A DNA stretch of 64,000 nucleotides from Polyangiaceae bacterium (GTDB taxonomy: Bacteria > Myxococcota_A > Polyangia > Polyangiales > Polyangiaceae), in contig CBDCTZ010000016.1 in NCBI GenBank assembly GCA_965222375.1, forward strand, positions 1,760,001 through 1,824,000, read 5' to 3'. Below, piece by piece: positions 45,936-54,939 of this stretch. The notes below the pieces were generated by a model. That model made no database searches. It was not told the origin of the DNA and saw only the letters and a list, made by a program, of their open reading frames with translations. Each line of letters begins with the position of its first letter. The stretch's first letter is position 1. The translations under genes were made by a program, and so were the position numbers.

Positions 45936-46054
45936 CACGGCATGGTGCTAGGGCGGACCGGCGTTCCGGCTTGCGTCGGCGAAGCACTGGGCGCGGCACG
46001 TTGCTCAGGTTCACGATTTGCGACGCGCGACCCATGCTCCAGCAGCCACACGTT

Positions 46055-46214
46055 GGGTTTGTTGCTGCCCCCCATCGCCCGGCGTCGGCCCCGGCCCCGC
46101 GAGTCCCAACCGAGTCGAGCTGCTCACCAGCGCTGCCGTACTCGCCCGCGCACGCCGGCGCCTCCGGCGGTCGATTCCCCCCAAGCCCTCGCCTCCGGCT
46201 CGAGCGGGGGGAAT
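46055..46214. repeat. Dispersed ~150-bp GC-rich repeat, copy 2
   Basis: Both ends match 40572-40720; the middle differs. Confidence 0.75.
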
Positions 46215-46219
46215 GGCAC

Positions 46220-46990
46220 CTACTCGGGCAACATGTAGCCGTCGCGCGTGGCGTAGATTGCGCCATTGAAGTGCGCGTGCTGGCTGCCTTGGCCCATGTC
46301 GGCGAAGGCCCGCCGGTGAAACGCACGCATCCACATGCCGTGGATTCGGCAGAAGTGCTTCGTGCAAGCGACCTGAACCGTGCTTGCGCCCGCGTCCACT
46401 CCAAGGGCTCGCTTCAGTTGGGCCGTGAACGACTTGTCGATGTTCCCGGGCGTCAACTCTGCATCGAGCTTCTTGAACCGCTTGATCTCGCGCTGCTCAG
46501 CTTGTTCTCGCTGCTTGCACCTGTTCAACGCCTTCGCCAGGCAGCGACGACCGGCGAAGCTGTCTTTCGCACGCGCGAGCTCTACGCGCTGCTTCCACGT
46601 CAGCCCTGTCGCGGAGCGCTCTTGGACGACTGTCCACCGGCACTGCCGTTCGGCATGTTCCCGGCATGACAAGCCCATGCGTCTCGGAGCGGCACCGTCG
46701 CCGACCAACACCCACGTCCCGCCGTCCCACCCGGCGCGTCCTTTGAGTTTCGGAGTAAGTCGGAAGGGAAGACGGACACGGTCGGGCATCGCGTCGGGTC
46801 CTCGCTGGGTGCCAGCGTCCGAAACACCCACCGCTGCTCCCGCTTCCCAAGCGATCGGCTGCGTGGTCGGGCGAGGCGCCCCGTACACCCGCGCTTCCAA
46901 CCGTGCCACGCGGTCGCCAAGTTCCGAGGAAGCCGCCCCCGCGCAGCCTCCGAGCATCAACACGGCGAGCAACCAGCGCGATGTGTTCAT
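46220..46990 (-). CDS. Hypothetical lipoprotein, paralog 2
   Basis: MNTSRWLLAVLMLGGC; six Cys in the mature part are shared with 47045-47809. Confidence 0.8.
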   Translation of the reverse strand: MNTSRWLLAVLMLGGCAGAASSELGDRVARLEARVYGAPRPTTQPIAWEAGAAVGVSDAGTQRGPDAMPDRVRLPFRLTPKLKGRAGWDGGTWVLVGDGAAPRRMGLSCREHAERQCRWTVVQERSATGLTWKQRVELARAKDSFAGRRCLAKALNRCKQREQAEQREIKRFKKLDAELTPGNIDKSFTAQLKRALGVDAGASTVQVACTKHFCRIHGMWMRAFHRRAFADMGQGSQHAHFNGAIYATRDGYMLPE

Positions 46991-47044
46991 GCAACCACCG
47001 GAGACGCGGTCGTGAGTTCCTGGGACATTTCCATTCGAGAGCCC

Positions 47045-47809
47045 CTAGCGAGGGAACAAGTAGCCATTGCGGGTGATGTACACGGTTCCTCTCCAACCCA
47101 TGCTTCCGGTGCTGTTGGGCATCAATCGCGAAACCTGGAAAGACAAATGCATGTGTCTGTGCACGCCGCGAAATCTGCAGAAGCGCTCAGTACACACCAC
47201 TTGAACGGAACCGGCGCTAGCATCCTGGGCGAGGACGCGCTGCAGCTTGGCTGTGAACGCTTGGTCGATGTTCTTGGGCGTCAGCTCCGCGTCCAGACTC
47301 GCGAACCGTTGGTCTTTCGCTCTCGCTGCCTGCCGTGAACGCTTGCACTCGCGGCGCGCTGCTGCGAGGCACTTGCGTCCCGCGGCGCTGTCCTGTGCCC
47401 GCGCCAACGAGACACGTCGCCTCCACTTCAACCCTGATGAGGACCAGTCCTCGACAACGGTCTGGCGACAACGTTGCTCGGCCTGTTCAAGGCAGAGTTG
47501 ATACCAGGCGAGCGCGTCTGGGCCACTGTCCGCCACGACCATCCGCACGCCGCCATCCCACTTGGGTTTGCGAACGATCGGAAAGGGCGTTCTCATTCTC
47601 CCCCCGTCGCCCGCTGAAGCGTCGGCGCCGGCGCCATTCAGCCCCTGCCGCGGCTGCCCGGCGTTGAGCGCCCCGGCCTCGTACGCGGGGCGTTCCAGTT
47701 GCTCAACCCGCGCCTCCAAACGCGCAACGCGGTCCCCAAGTTCCGAAGACGTCGCCCCCGCGCAGCCTCCGAGCATCAATACGGCGAGCCACCAGCGTGA
47801 TGTGTTCAT
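47045..47809 (-). CDS. Hypothetical lipoprotein, paralog 1
   Basis: MNTSRWWLAVLMLGGC; TGATG overlap with the upstream gene. Confidence 0.8.
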   Translation of the reverse strand: MNTSRWWLAVLMLGGCAGATSSELGDRVARLEARVEQLERPAYEAGALNAGQPRQGLNGAGADASAGDGGRMRTPFPIVRKPKWDGGVRMVVADSGPDALAWYQLCLEQAEQRCRQTVVEDWSSSGLKWRRRVSLARAQDSAAGRKCLAAARRECKRSRQAARAKDQRFASLDAELTPKNIDQAFTAKLQRVLAQDASAGSVQVVCTERFCRFRGVHRHMHLSFQVSRLMPNSTGSMGWRGTVYITRNGYLFPR

Positions 47810-48339
47810 CAGAACACGCCTCGCAGGGTGAACATCTCCGGCTTGCGCGTGGTGGCTGCCCACGACTGAACGTCGCCACGCCACAGACTCGCCTGCGCGG
47901 GCCCCAACGTTGTCTCCGGATTCGCAAAGCCCATCGTGACAAGGGCTCCTCCGCCCAGCTGGGCGATCCCGTCTGCCGCCAGCGCCCACCCCGCGACGTT
48001 CGTTCCACTCCAGAGCGAAAGCCAGGGTCCTCCAACTGGTATCGCCAGCCAGCTTGTGTTGTCCCGAAAGCGCTCTTGCCCCGCGGTAACTAGCGCCGCG
48101 CCATAGGCAACACCGAAGAGCACGGCCCCACCTTGCACTGCAAGCCAGTCCGGCCAACTTGTACGCTGGTCTGTGGCTGTGATGGTGCGCACCGAGCTGG
48201 AGATCGATGTCGCGCCCCTTGCCGCCGGCGTGTCCTCCGGAGCGGCTTCGGTTGTCGTAGCCAGGAGGGGGAGCGCAGCCCCGACCAACGCACAGCCAGC
48301 ACGCGCGCGGAAAGGCGCGCGCGGCCGCTTGGACACCAT
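47809..48339 (-). CDS. Hypothetical membrane/secreted protein
   Basis: Signal-like N-terminus, WLAIPVGGPW and ADGIAQLGGGAL hydrophobic motifs, C-terminal TLRGVF. Confidence 0.65.
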   Translation of the reverse strand: MVSKRPRAPFRARAGCALVGAALPLLATTTEAAPEDTPAARGATSISSSVRTITATDQRTSWPDWLAVQGGAVLFGVAYGAALVTAGQERFRDNTSWLAIPVGGPWLSLWSGTNVAGWALAADGIAQLGGGALVTMGFANPETTLGPAQASLWRGDVQSWAATTRKPEMFTLRGVF

Positions 48340-48677
48340 CGATTGCCATCATGCTGATTGTCCCGGGGCGACCCGTGGGACGCAAGCGCGCGCCGGCGGT
48401 TGCATGACCGGAGTCAATCCGCTTGGCGCGTTTGCGCGCGAGCCTGTGGTCGAGTTTCGCCGTGCGCGCAGCTAGGTGGCTTTGCACCGGAGTGGCCCAG
48501 CTTGGGAGTAGTGGCCCAAGTCGCAAACGCGAACCGACCCAAACCCAAGGCAGACAAGAGAGAGGCTCAGGGTTGCAGGCGCAACTCTGAAATTGCGCCG
48601 TTGAAGGGGGCGATGCTCGAAACACACGCCGGGCTGCCGGCCGAAACTGGCTGTTCCAGTCGAACCGGCTGGAGCGC

Positions 48678-50486
48678 CTACAGCCCCAACTTCGGCAATA
48701 GCTTTTCCAGCTGAGCCAGCGGCGTCTCTAGGCTGCGGATCCCTTCTTGCCAAAACTCGCGGGACTCTAGGTCGCGGCCTAGCGCCTCTTTGGCCACATC
48801 CTGGGCGAGGCCGCTGCCGGTGAGCTTCAAGAGCTGTTCGTAGCGGGGCAGGAACTTGGGACCTTCGGCCTTGAATTGGGCGTAGATGCCGCGACTGAGC
48901 AGATAGCCGAAAGTGTAGGGGAAGTTGTAGAAGCTCACGCCGGAAATGTAGAAGTGCAACTTGCTGGCCCAGAACAGCGGGTCTTCACCGCCTTCGGCCA
49001 AGGTGTCGCCAAAGATGCGGCGCTGGGTCTTCGCCATCATGCTGGAGAGCTCACTCGTGCCGATTTCCTCCTTCTTGCGGCGTTCGTAGAACTCCTTTTC
49101 GAATTGGAAGCGCACGGGGATGTCGAGCAAGAACGCGGTGGCGTCGCCGAGTTGCTCGGCGAGCAACACCGCGCGCTCCTGATCGGAGATTTCCGGATTT
49201 TCCATGAGCCCATCGCTGAGCACCATCTCGGCGAAGGTGGACGCAGACTCGGCCAGCGTCATCGGGTACTGTCGAGCCATGCCGCGCATGTCGCGCATGA
49301 CCCAGTTGTGGAAGGCGTGCCCAACCTCGTGGGCGAGGGTCGATACGTCCGAGAGCGCGCCCTGGAAGGTCATGAAGACCCGGGACTCGTTGATCAGCGG
49401 TGAGCTCGTGCAGTAGGCGCCGGGTTGCTTGCCGTCCCTCGGTTCCCACTCCACCCAATTGTTGTCGATGACCCGATCGAAGAACTTGGACAGATCCGGG
49501 TACGCTCGGCTGAAGGCGCCGCGGACCATGGTCTGGGCGCCGTCCCAGCTGACTTCTTGGCTCGACTTCAGGGGCAGGGGCGCCTCGAGATCGCACCAAC
49601 TGATCTGTTCGATACCGAGGGCCTTCGCTTTGAGTCGAAGGTAGCGGCGGGCGATCTCCGCGTTGTCCTCTACGGCCTCGAACATGGCGTCGAGGGTCTT
49701 GTGGGAAATGGCGGCGTCGAATATCGCCACGTCCAAGAAGTGTTCGATGCCGCGCTCCGCGTACAAGGTGTGGCGCGTTCCTGCGATGGCGTTGATTGCG
49801 GCGGCGGCGACGTCGGCGACTCCTTGCCAGGCGGCATTGCCGCCCTCGAAGGCAGCCAGGCGTACCGCGCGGTCGGCGTTGCTCGTCAGGGAGCGGCGGC
49901 GCGACATGGGTAGCTTCTCGCTGCGGCCGTCGGGCCACTTCATGTCGAAGCTGAGCGTGCCGGCCAGCGTGTCGTAGAGGCGCCCCCAGGCATGGATACC
50001 GTCGGTTCCCAAGTCTGCGGCAAGGGCCTCCAATTTCGGCTCCATCGACAGGCGGGCTTCTTCCCGCAGGCGGCGCACGAAGAACTGGCCATTTTCCAAG
50101 CTGGGCTCTTTCGAGAGCGTCTCCATGGCGCTGTCGTCCGCGTCTCGCACGCCACGGAACAGTTCTACAGCGAGCTTCTGGAAGTCCGCGCTCATCACCG
50201 ACAAGCGACTACTCTCTCTGCGATAGGCCTCGTTGGTCGCGTCGCAGGACGATAGGGCGTGCACGTAGGACCACACGTGGCTCAGGCGCGTGGAGAGGGC
50301 CTCGAACTCCGTGAGCACGCCGGCCCAAGCCTTCGAATTGTCGTTGGTTAGTGGAGAGAGCTTCTTCGCCCGGGCCGTCGCGCCCGTCACATCGTCACCG
50401 AGCTGCTGGGTGAACTCGCGGTATTCGGGGCCGTCAAAGGTCGGGAAATACGCCGAGAGGTCCCAGTTCATCAGGGGAGCATTCAT
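48678..50486 (-). CDS. M3 family oligoendopeptidase (PepF-like)
   Basis: NWDLS, KQPGAYC, LAHEVGHAFH, LAESASTFAE, FYNFPYTFG. Confidence 0.93.
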   Translation of the reverse strand: MNAPLMNWDLSAYFPTFDGPEYREFTQQLGDDVTGATARAKKLSPLTNDNSKAWAGVLTEFEALSTRLSHVWSYVHALSSCDATNEAYRRESSRLSVMSADFQKLAVELFRGVRDADDSAMETLSKEPSLENGQFFVRRLREEARLSMEPKLEALAADLGTDGIHAWGRLYDTLAGTLSFDMKWPDGRSEKLPMSRRRSLTSNADRAVRLAAFEGGNAAWQGVADVAAAAINAIAGTRHTLYAERGIEHFLDVAIFDAAISHKTLDAMFEAVEDNAEIARRYLRLKAKALGIEQISWCDLEAPLPLKSSQEVSWDGAQTMVRGAFSRAYPDLSKFFDRVIDNNWVEWEPRDGKQPGAYCTSSPLINESRVFMTFQGALSDVSTLAHEVGHAFHNWVMRDMRGMARQYPMTLAESASTFAEMVLSDGLMENPEISDQERAVLLAEQLGDATAFLLDIPVRFQFEKEFYERRKKEEIGTSELSSMMAKTQRRIFGDTLAEGGEDPLFWASKLHFYISGVSFYNFPYTFGYLLSRGIYAQFKAEGPKFLPRYEQLLKLTGSGLAQDVAKEALGRDLESREFWQEGIRSLETPLAQLEKLLPKLGL

Positions 50487-50672
50487 TCGAAAACCATCCT
50501 CATCGTCCACTTGCCGGACGTCCACCGAATTTGCGTGTTCACTGGTGGTTGCGGACCTGCGGCCCTGGGTCCTGCAGCGCAAGGGGTGGCATGAATCGTG
50601 TACTGCTCATCCTGGACGGCGCGTGGGTCGCATTTTGTGGCACAGCTCGCGCCAAATCATGGCGAGGTGATC

Positions 50673-51950
50673 ATGGCCGCTGCGCATTTTTTCAGAGCTC
50701 GACTTCGATTCTTGGCAGTGCTTGGCGCCTCAGGCGCCCTGGCCCCGTTGGCCTGCGGTGGCAGCACCGACTCGGATGGGAGCGGCGGAAGCTCCGGCAG
50801 CGGCGGGCAGGCGACCGGTGGCACGCCCGCGGCCGGCGGCACGCCTGCAACCGGCGGTGTGACGTCCACGGGCGGCACGCCAGCGACGGGAGGCACGGCT
50901 GGGGCGCCCAGTTGCGACATCGGCAACATCCAGGAGCAGTGCTACTCGCTGAAGTATCTGGAGAACCAGCTCAACAACAACGGACCCTGGGGTGGGGATG
51001 CTCCAGCGCCGGATGGTGGGCCAGACGCGGGCATCGTGCTGACGGAGTGCCCGGCCTACGACCTGGTCCGCAGTGATTGCTGCAACCCCGCGCTGTCCGG
51101 GCCCACCAAACAGGCGGATTTGTGTTGCTATACCTTCTGTGAAAATGGCTGCTGTGGGCGCGCGTTCGTCGTGGATGGCCAGCAACGCCTGGCTGAGGTG
51201 ACCACGCGCTACGATTGGTTCGATCTGCCCATCGGTGAGCACTTGGCGCTGGATCCGACGACCCGCACTGCGCTTACGGACGCGTGGCGAGAGGACGCGC
51301 GTATGGAGCACGCGTCGGTCGCCTCTTTCGCGCGTTTCACCCTCGAGTTGCTCGCCCTCGGAGCACCGCCGGATCTCGTGGCGGACGCGCAGCGCGCCGC
51401 CCTCGACGAAGTCGACCATGCCAAACTGTGTTTTGCTCAGGCTTCGCGCTTCGCTCAGCGTGCGCTCGGCCCGGCCCAGCTGGATGTCGGGGGCGCGACG
51501 GGCTCGCGCTCTCTGCCCGAGGTGGCCGCTGCCGCTTTGGTCGAAGGCGCGATCGGTGAAACCCTGGCAGCCATGCTGGCCCGGGAGCAGCTTCTGGGCG
51601 CCACGGATCGCCCGGTGCAAGACGCCCTGCTGCGCATCGCAATCGACGAAGAAAACCACGCGGAGCTCGCCTGGCGCTTTGTTCACTGGGCGCTGACCCA
51701 GGGTGGGGAGCCGGTGCGGCAGGCAATCGCTCGAGCCGCTGCGGGGGCCCTGGAAAACCCGCCAACAGCAGTGGTGCCGGCGGGAGTAGACGAGAAAGCT
51801 TGGCACCAGTTCGGGCGTCTGACCGAGAGTGACGCCAACGCGGTCGTGCAGCGTGCAACTCGCGACGTGATCGAGCCGTGTCTAGCGGTCCTGCTCTCGG
51901 AGCCAAAGCCGCAACCCGAGTCTGCTCCCTTGGAAGCGTTGCAGGCCTAG
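50673..51950 (+). CDS. Ferritin-like domain lipoprotein with Gly-rich and Cys-rich N-terminus
   Basis: PLAC lipobox; EHASVASF, DEVDHA, EGAIGET, DEENHA di-metal ligand pattern. Confidence 0.8.
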   Translation: MAAAHFFRARLRFLAVLGASGALAPLACGGSTDSDGSGGSSGSGGQATGGTPAAGGTPATGGVTSTGGTPATGGTAGAPSCDIGNIQEQCYSLKYLENQLNNNGPWGGDAPAPDGGPDAGIVLTECPAYDLVRSDCCNPALSGPTKQADLCCYTFCENGCCGRAFVVDGQQRLAEVTTRYDWFDLPIGEHLALDPTTRTALTDAWREDARMEHASVASFARFTLELLALGAPPDLVADAQRAALDEVDHAKLCFAQASRFAQRALGPAQLDVGGATGSRSLPEVAAAALVEGAIGETLAAMLAREQLLGATDRPVQDALLRIAIDEENHAELAWRFVHWALTQGGEPVRQAIARAAAGALENPPTAVVPAGVDEKAWHQFGRLTESDANAVVQRATRDVIEPCLAVLLSEPKPQPESAPLEALQA

Positions 51951-52747
51951 CGGCTGCTTGCGCGCGCCAGTGCCGTGGCGAGCGCGCGCGCGAAGCTGAT
52001 GCGGGTGTCTGCGCTTTCCCAGAGTCGTACTTCGCGATCGTCGAGGGCATTGTGGGTCTCGATCAAGATCGCGGGCATGCTCGTGGCATAGAGCATGAAA
52101 ATCCGCTTGGGTGTCGGGTGGCGGTCCAGGAATACGCCAGGTTCGCTTCCGGCGGCATAGTCGACGCCGTAGTGTGCCCCGTCGTAGGCCAGGAACCCAG
52201 ACTCGTTCAGCGCCACGGCAACCTGATCTGCGACCCGCTTTCGCGCCGCAGCGGCAGCATCTTCGCCGGCGTCCGAATACAGGACGCTGAAGCCCGGTGC
52301 TTCGTGGTTGCGCAAGCAGGACACGCCGGGGCGTGGCGACCACGCGCGGGTGCGCCCGCGAATGTCCGAGTGCAGACTGACCAGAACATCCGCGCCCCAG
52401 GCAGCGGCCTCCTGAGCGCGCACGGCATAGGAGACGCGCATGTCGGCAGTGCGGCTGAGGCGCGTCGCGAAGCCCAGCCGGTCGAGTTCTCGTTGCACGT
52501 TTTCAGCTAGGGATAGCGTGAAGTCTTGCTCCGGGGTGCAGTACGCGGAGCGGTTGCCCGTGTTGTCTTCAGCGCCATGGCCTGCATCAAGAAAGACTCG
52601 AAACGGCACCGTGCGAGCGGGCAGAGCGCCGAAGTCAGCGGATAGAGCGGGGCGCTCGGGCCACTTGGGGGTCGTGTCCGCGGATGCGGGCAGGACGACC
52701 CCAAATAGGGTTGCAAGAGCGAAACCCAGCCCGCGATGCGCCACCAA
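51947..52747 (-). CDS. N-acetylmuramoyl-L-alanine amidase (Amidase_3)
   Basis: LDAGHG, E, SLHSD, ILIET zinc and catalytic motifs. Confidence 0.85.
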   Translation of the reverse strand: MVAHRGLGFALATLFGVVLPASADTTPKWPERPALSADFGALPARTVPFRVFLDAGHGAEDNTGNRSAYCTPEQDFTLSLAENVQRELDRLGFATRLSRTADMRVSYAVRAQEAAAWGADVLVSLHSDIRGRTRAWSPRPGVSCLRNHEAPGFSVLYSDAGEDAAAAARKRVADQVAVALNESGFLAYDGAHYGVDYAAGSEPGVFLDRHPTPKRIFMLYATSMPAILIETHNALDDREVRLWESADTRISFARALATALARASSR

Positions 52748-52794
52748 CGCATTGTCCCGCGTGGGCGGGATACTGGCGAATTATCGGCGACGGC

Positions 52795-53799
52795 TCAGAG
52801 TTCCGCCAGGCCGCGCAAACCCACGAAGTAGGCCTGAGTGGCTCTGGCGTCATAGCCGAAGAACTTCTGGATGTAGCCCAACTCCACGGACAGATTCTCC
52901 GTCACCAAGAAGTAAGGCAGGAATGCGAGGGCGAACCGCGCGGCGCGAATGCGGTCACGTTCGCGCGTTGGAGTGGAGCCGGGTTGCGGTGGGATCTCCG
53001 CGCTATAGGCCGCGTCGTAGCGCTCGTCGAAGCGTTCGTGGATGTCGCCCTCCACATAGGGGCCGAACTTGATGCCCGCCTTCCAGGGTAGGAGCCAGCG
53101 TTCGGCTTTGAAGTGCAGTAGGTTGCCCAGCGCAGCGGTGCCGTTTTGCTCCTCGCCGAAGGGTCGGGTTCCCAGCCCCAAGTACAGCGTTGACTCGAAG
53201 GCGAGCCACGGCTGCAGCTCGACCCCCATCTGCCAACCGCCGGCGAAGTAGTCCAGGCGGGGATTGGCGAACTTCTCCTTGTCCATGTTGATCGGCACGG
53301 TGCCCCGTAGGTACACGCCGAAGGCGAACTTGGGATCGTGTATGAGCGCGGTCGACACCGTCGCCGAGAGCAGCGTGCCTTTGTCCTCCGGATAGAACTC
53401 GCAGACGCCCCCACCGAGGAAGCGCGCCCCGTTAGTGCACTCAGGAACCAGCTGCGTTGCCGTTGAGGAACCTGCCGGGTTGACCTGCCATTCGGCGGGG
53501 TCGTTCACCTCTCTCGGGGACTGATAGTAGGTGGCCTCCAACCGCGTGCTCAGGAATTGGAACGGGCCATAGTGCCCCCAGGTGTAGCCAACACCGAGCT
53601 TGTATTCGTAGAAGTCCCTCGCTTTCATGAAGGACTTCTGGTTTTCGTTGGGCTCTATCTTCCCTCGCTCGGCCGTAACCTGGGCGTTGACGTCGAGCTC
53701 TCCGGGGCGTCCACCCACTGGAGTGCTGACGAAAGCGTTGGCGACGCCGGAAAAACTCAGCGCCAACAGAGCTGGCACCACGTAGCGGAGTTTGACCAT
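52795..53799 (-). CDS. Hypothetical secreted, probably outer-membrane beta-barrel protein
   Basis: Signal MVKLRYVVPALLALSFSGVANA; alternating aromatic beta-strand pattern (YKLGVGYTW, LSVELGYIQ, YFVGLRG). Confidence 0.65.
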   Translation of the reverse strand: MVKLRYVVPALLALSFSGVANAFVSTPVGGRPGELDVNAQVTAERGKIEPNENQKSFMKARDFYEYKLGVGYTWGHYGPFQFLSTRLEATYYQSPREVNDPAEWQVNPAGSSTATQLVPECTNGARFLGGGVCEFYPEDKGTLLSATVSTALIHDPKFAFGVYLRGTVPINMDKEKFANPRLDYFAGGWQMGVELQPWLAFESTLYLGLGTRPFGEEQNGTAALGNLLHFKAERWLLPWKAGIKFGPYVEGDIHERFDERYDAAYSAEIPPQPGSTPTRERDRIRAARFALAFLPYFLVTENLSVELGYIQKFFGYDARATQAYFVGLRGLAEL

Positions 53800-53843
53800 G
53801 ACAGGCTTGTACTCCGAAAGACGGGGCTTGGTTACAACCCTGC

Positions 53844-54323
53844 TCACTTTCCGCCGCCTAGCTCTTGGATGGCCTTGACCCGCTTTCCGACCAGTCCCAT
53901 CAACTTGAAAACGACCGCAAAGGAACCCTGGGCTTTGAAGACCAAGGCCTCGGACAGGGCCTTCAGGTCCTCGTTGGCGGGCATCCACCAGGGGTCGGGC
54001 TTGGAGGACCTGTCTACGAATACCGTTCTGGGCCGCACGAAGGTCGAATAGGCATGGCGGCTCGAAGCCACACCAGTGCCCGTGTCTTTCACGCCAGTCC
54101 ACGGGGTCTCGGATAGGATCCCCGTGATGGCGTGGTTGTTGACGAGGCAAACTCCGACGTCCAGCTGGCGCGCCAAGGCTTCGCCCCGCTCCACGTCTTG
54201 GGTCCACACGGACCCGTTCAGACCGTAGGCGGAGTCGTTGGCGTGCTCCACGGCCTCTTCCGCGTCTTTGACTCGCATCACCCCGATGACGGGGCCAAAG
54301 GTCTCTTCGCGCATCACGAGCAT
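53844..54323 (-). pseudogene. Aldehyde dehydrogenase C-terminal fragment
   Basis: EETFGPV, ANDSAYGLNGSVWT, PWTGVKDTGTG; the NAD-binding domain and catalytic Cys region are absent. Confidence 0.75.
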
Positions 54324-54444
54324 CGCACGTGGCTACCACTCCGGATTCGGCGGCGGTTCGAAAGTCTTGGCGGCGAGACGGAAAGCGCGGGTTTTCGAAC
54401 GCAGAGGCTTCACGTGCGCGCAGGTGCCAAGTATCTTTCGGGGA

Positions 54445-54939
54445 ATGAGGGGATACCGTAGTTATTGTTTTGCCGCAGCGGCCCTCTTGGGCTGCGGTGC
54501 GCCGGTGGAGCCTGCGCAGGCGCCGCAGCGTGAACCTGCGCCGCTGCCCGAACCTGAACCCGAGCCCGCTGCACCCGAGCCTGAAGCCGAACCCGTTGCG
54601 GAAGCGGAGCCGGCCGCTCCCGAGCCGGAATTCACCGAAGGCATGAGTGTCGATGAAGCGGTAAACGCGGTCCCTCAGGGGCACGAGCGGGCAAACATCG
54701 AGCAGGCTGCGTTGGGCAAGCCTCTCACAGACATGAAGTTGTACGAGCCCTGCGGTGCCAAAGAGAAACAACACGCCAAGATCCGCGTCGCCGTTTGGGA
54801 CGGTCGCGCGGTCGGGATCGATGTCAGCGTGACACCGAAGCCCGACGCAAAGCTCGCGGAATGCATCAAAGAGCAGATTAGAACAGTCACTTGGCGTGAC
54901 AAGGCCAAGTCCCTGAACACCGTCGAGTTCGCTTTCTAG
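54445..54939 (+). CDS. Pro/Glu-rich lipoprotein
   Basis: ALLGC lipobox, (PE)n linker, small Cys-pair C-terminal domain. Confidence 0.75.
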   Translation: MRGYRSYCFAAAALLGCGAPVEPAQAPQREPAPLPEPEPEPAAPEPEAEPVAEAEPAAPEPEFTEGMSVDEAVNAVPQGHERANIEQAALGKPLTDMKLYEPCGAKEKQHAKIRVAVWDGRAVGIDVSVTPKPDAKLAECIKEQIRTVTWRDKAKSLNTVEFAF

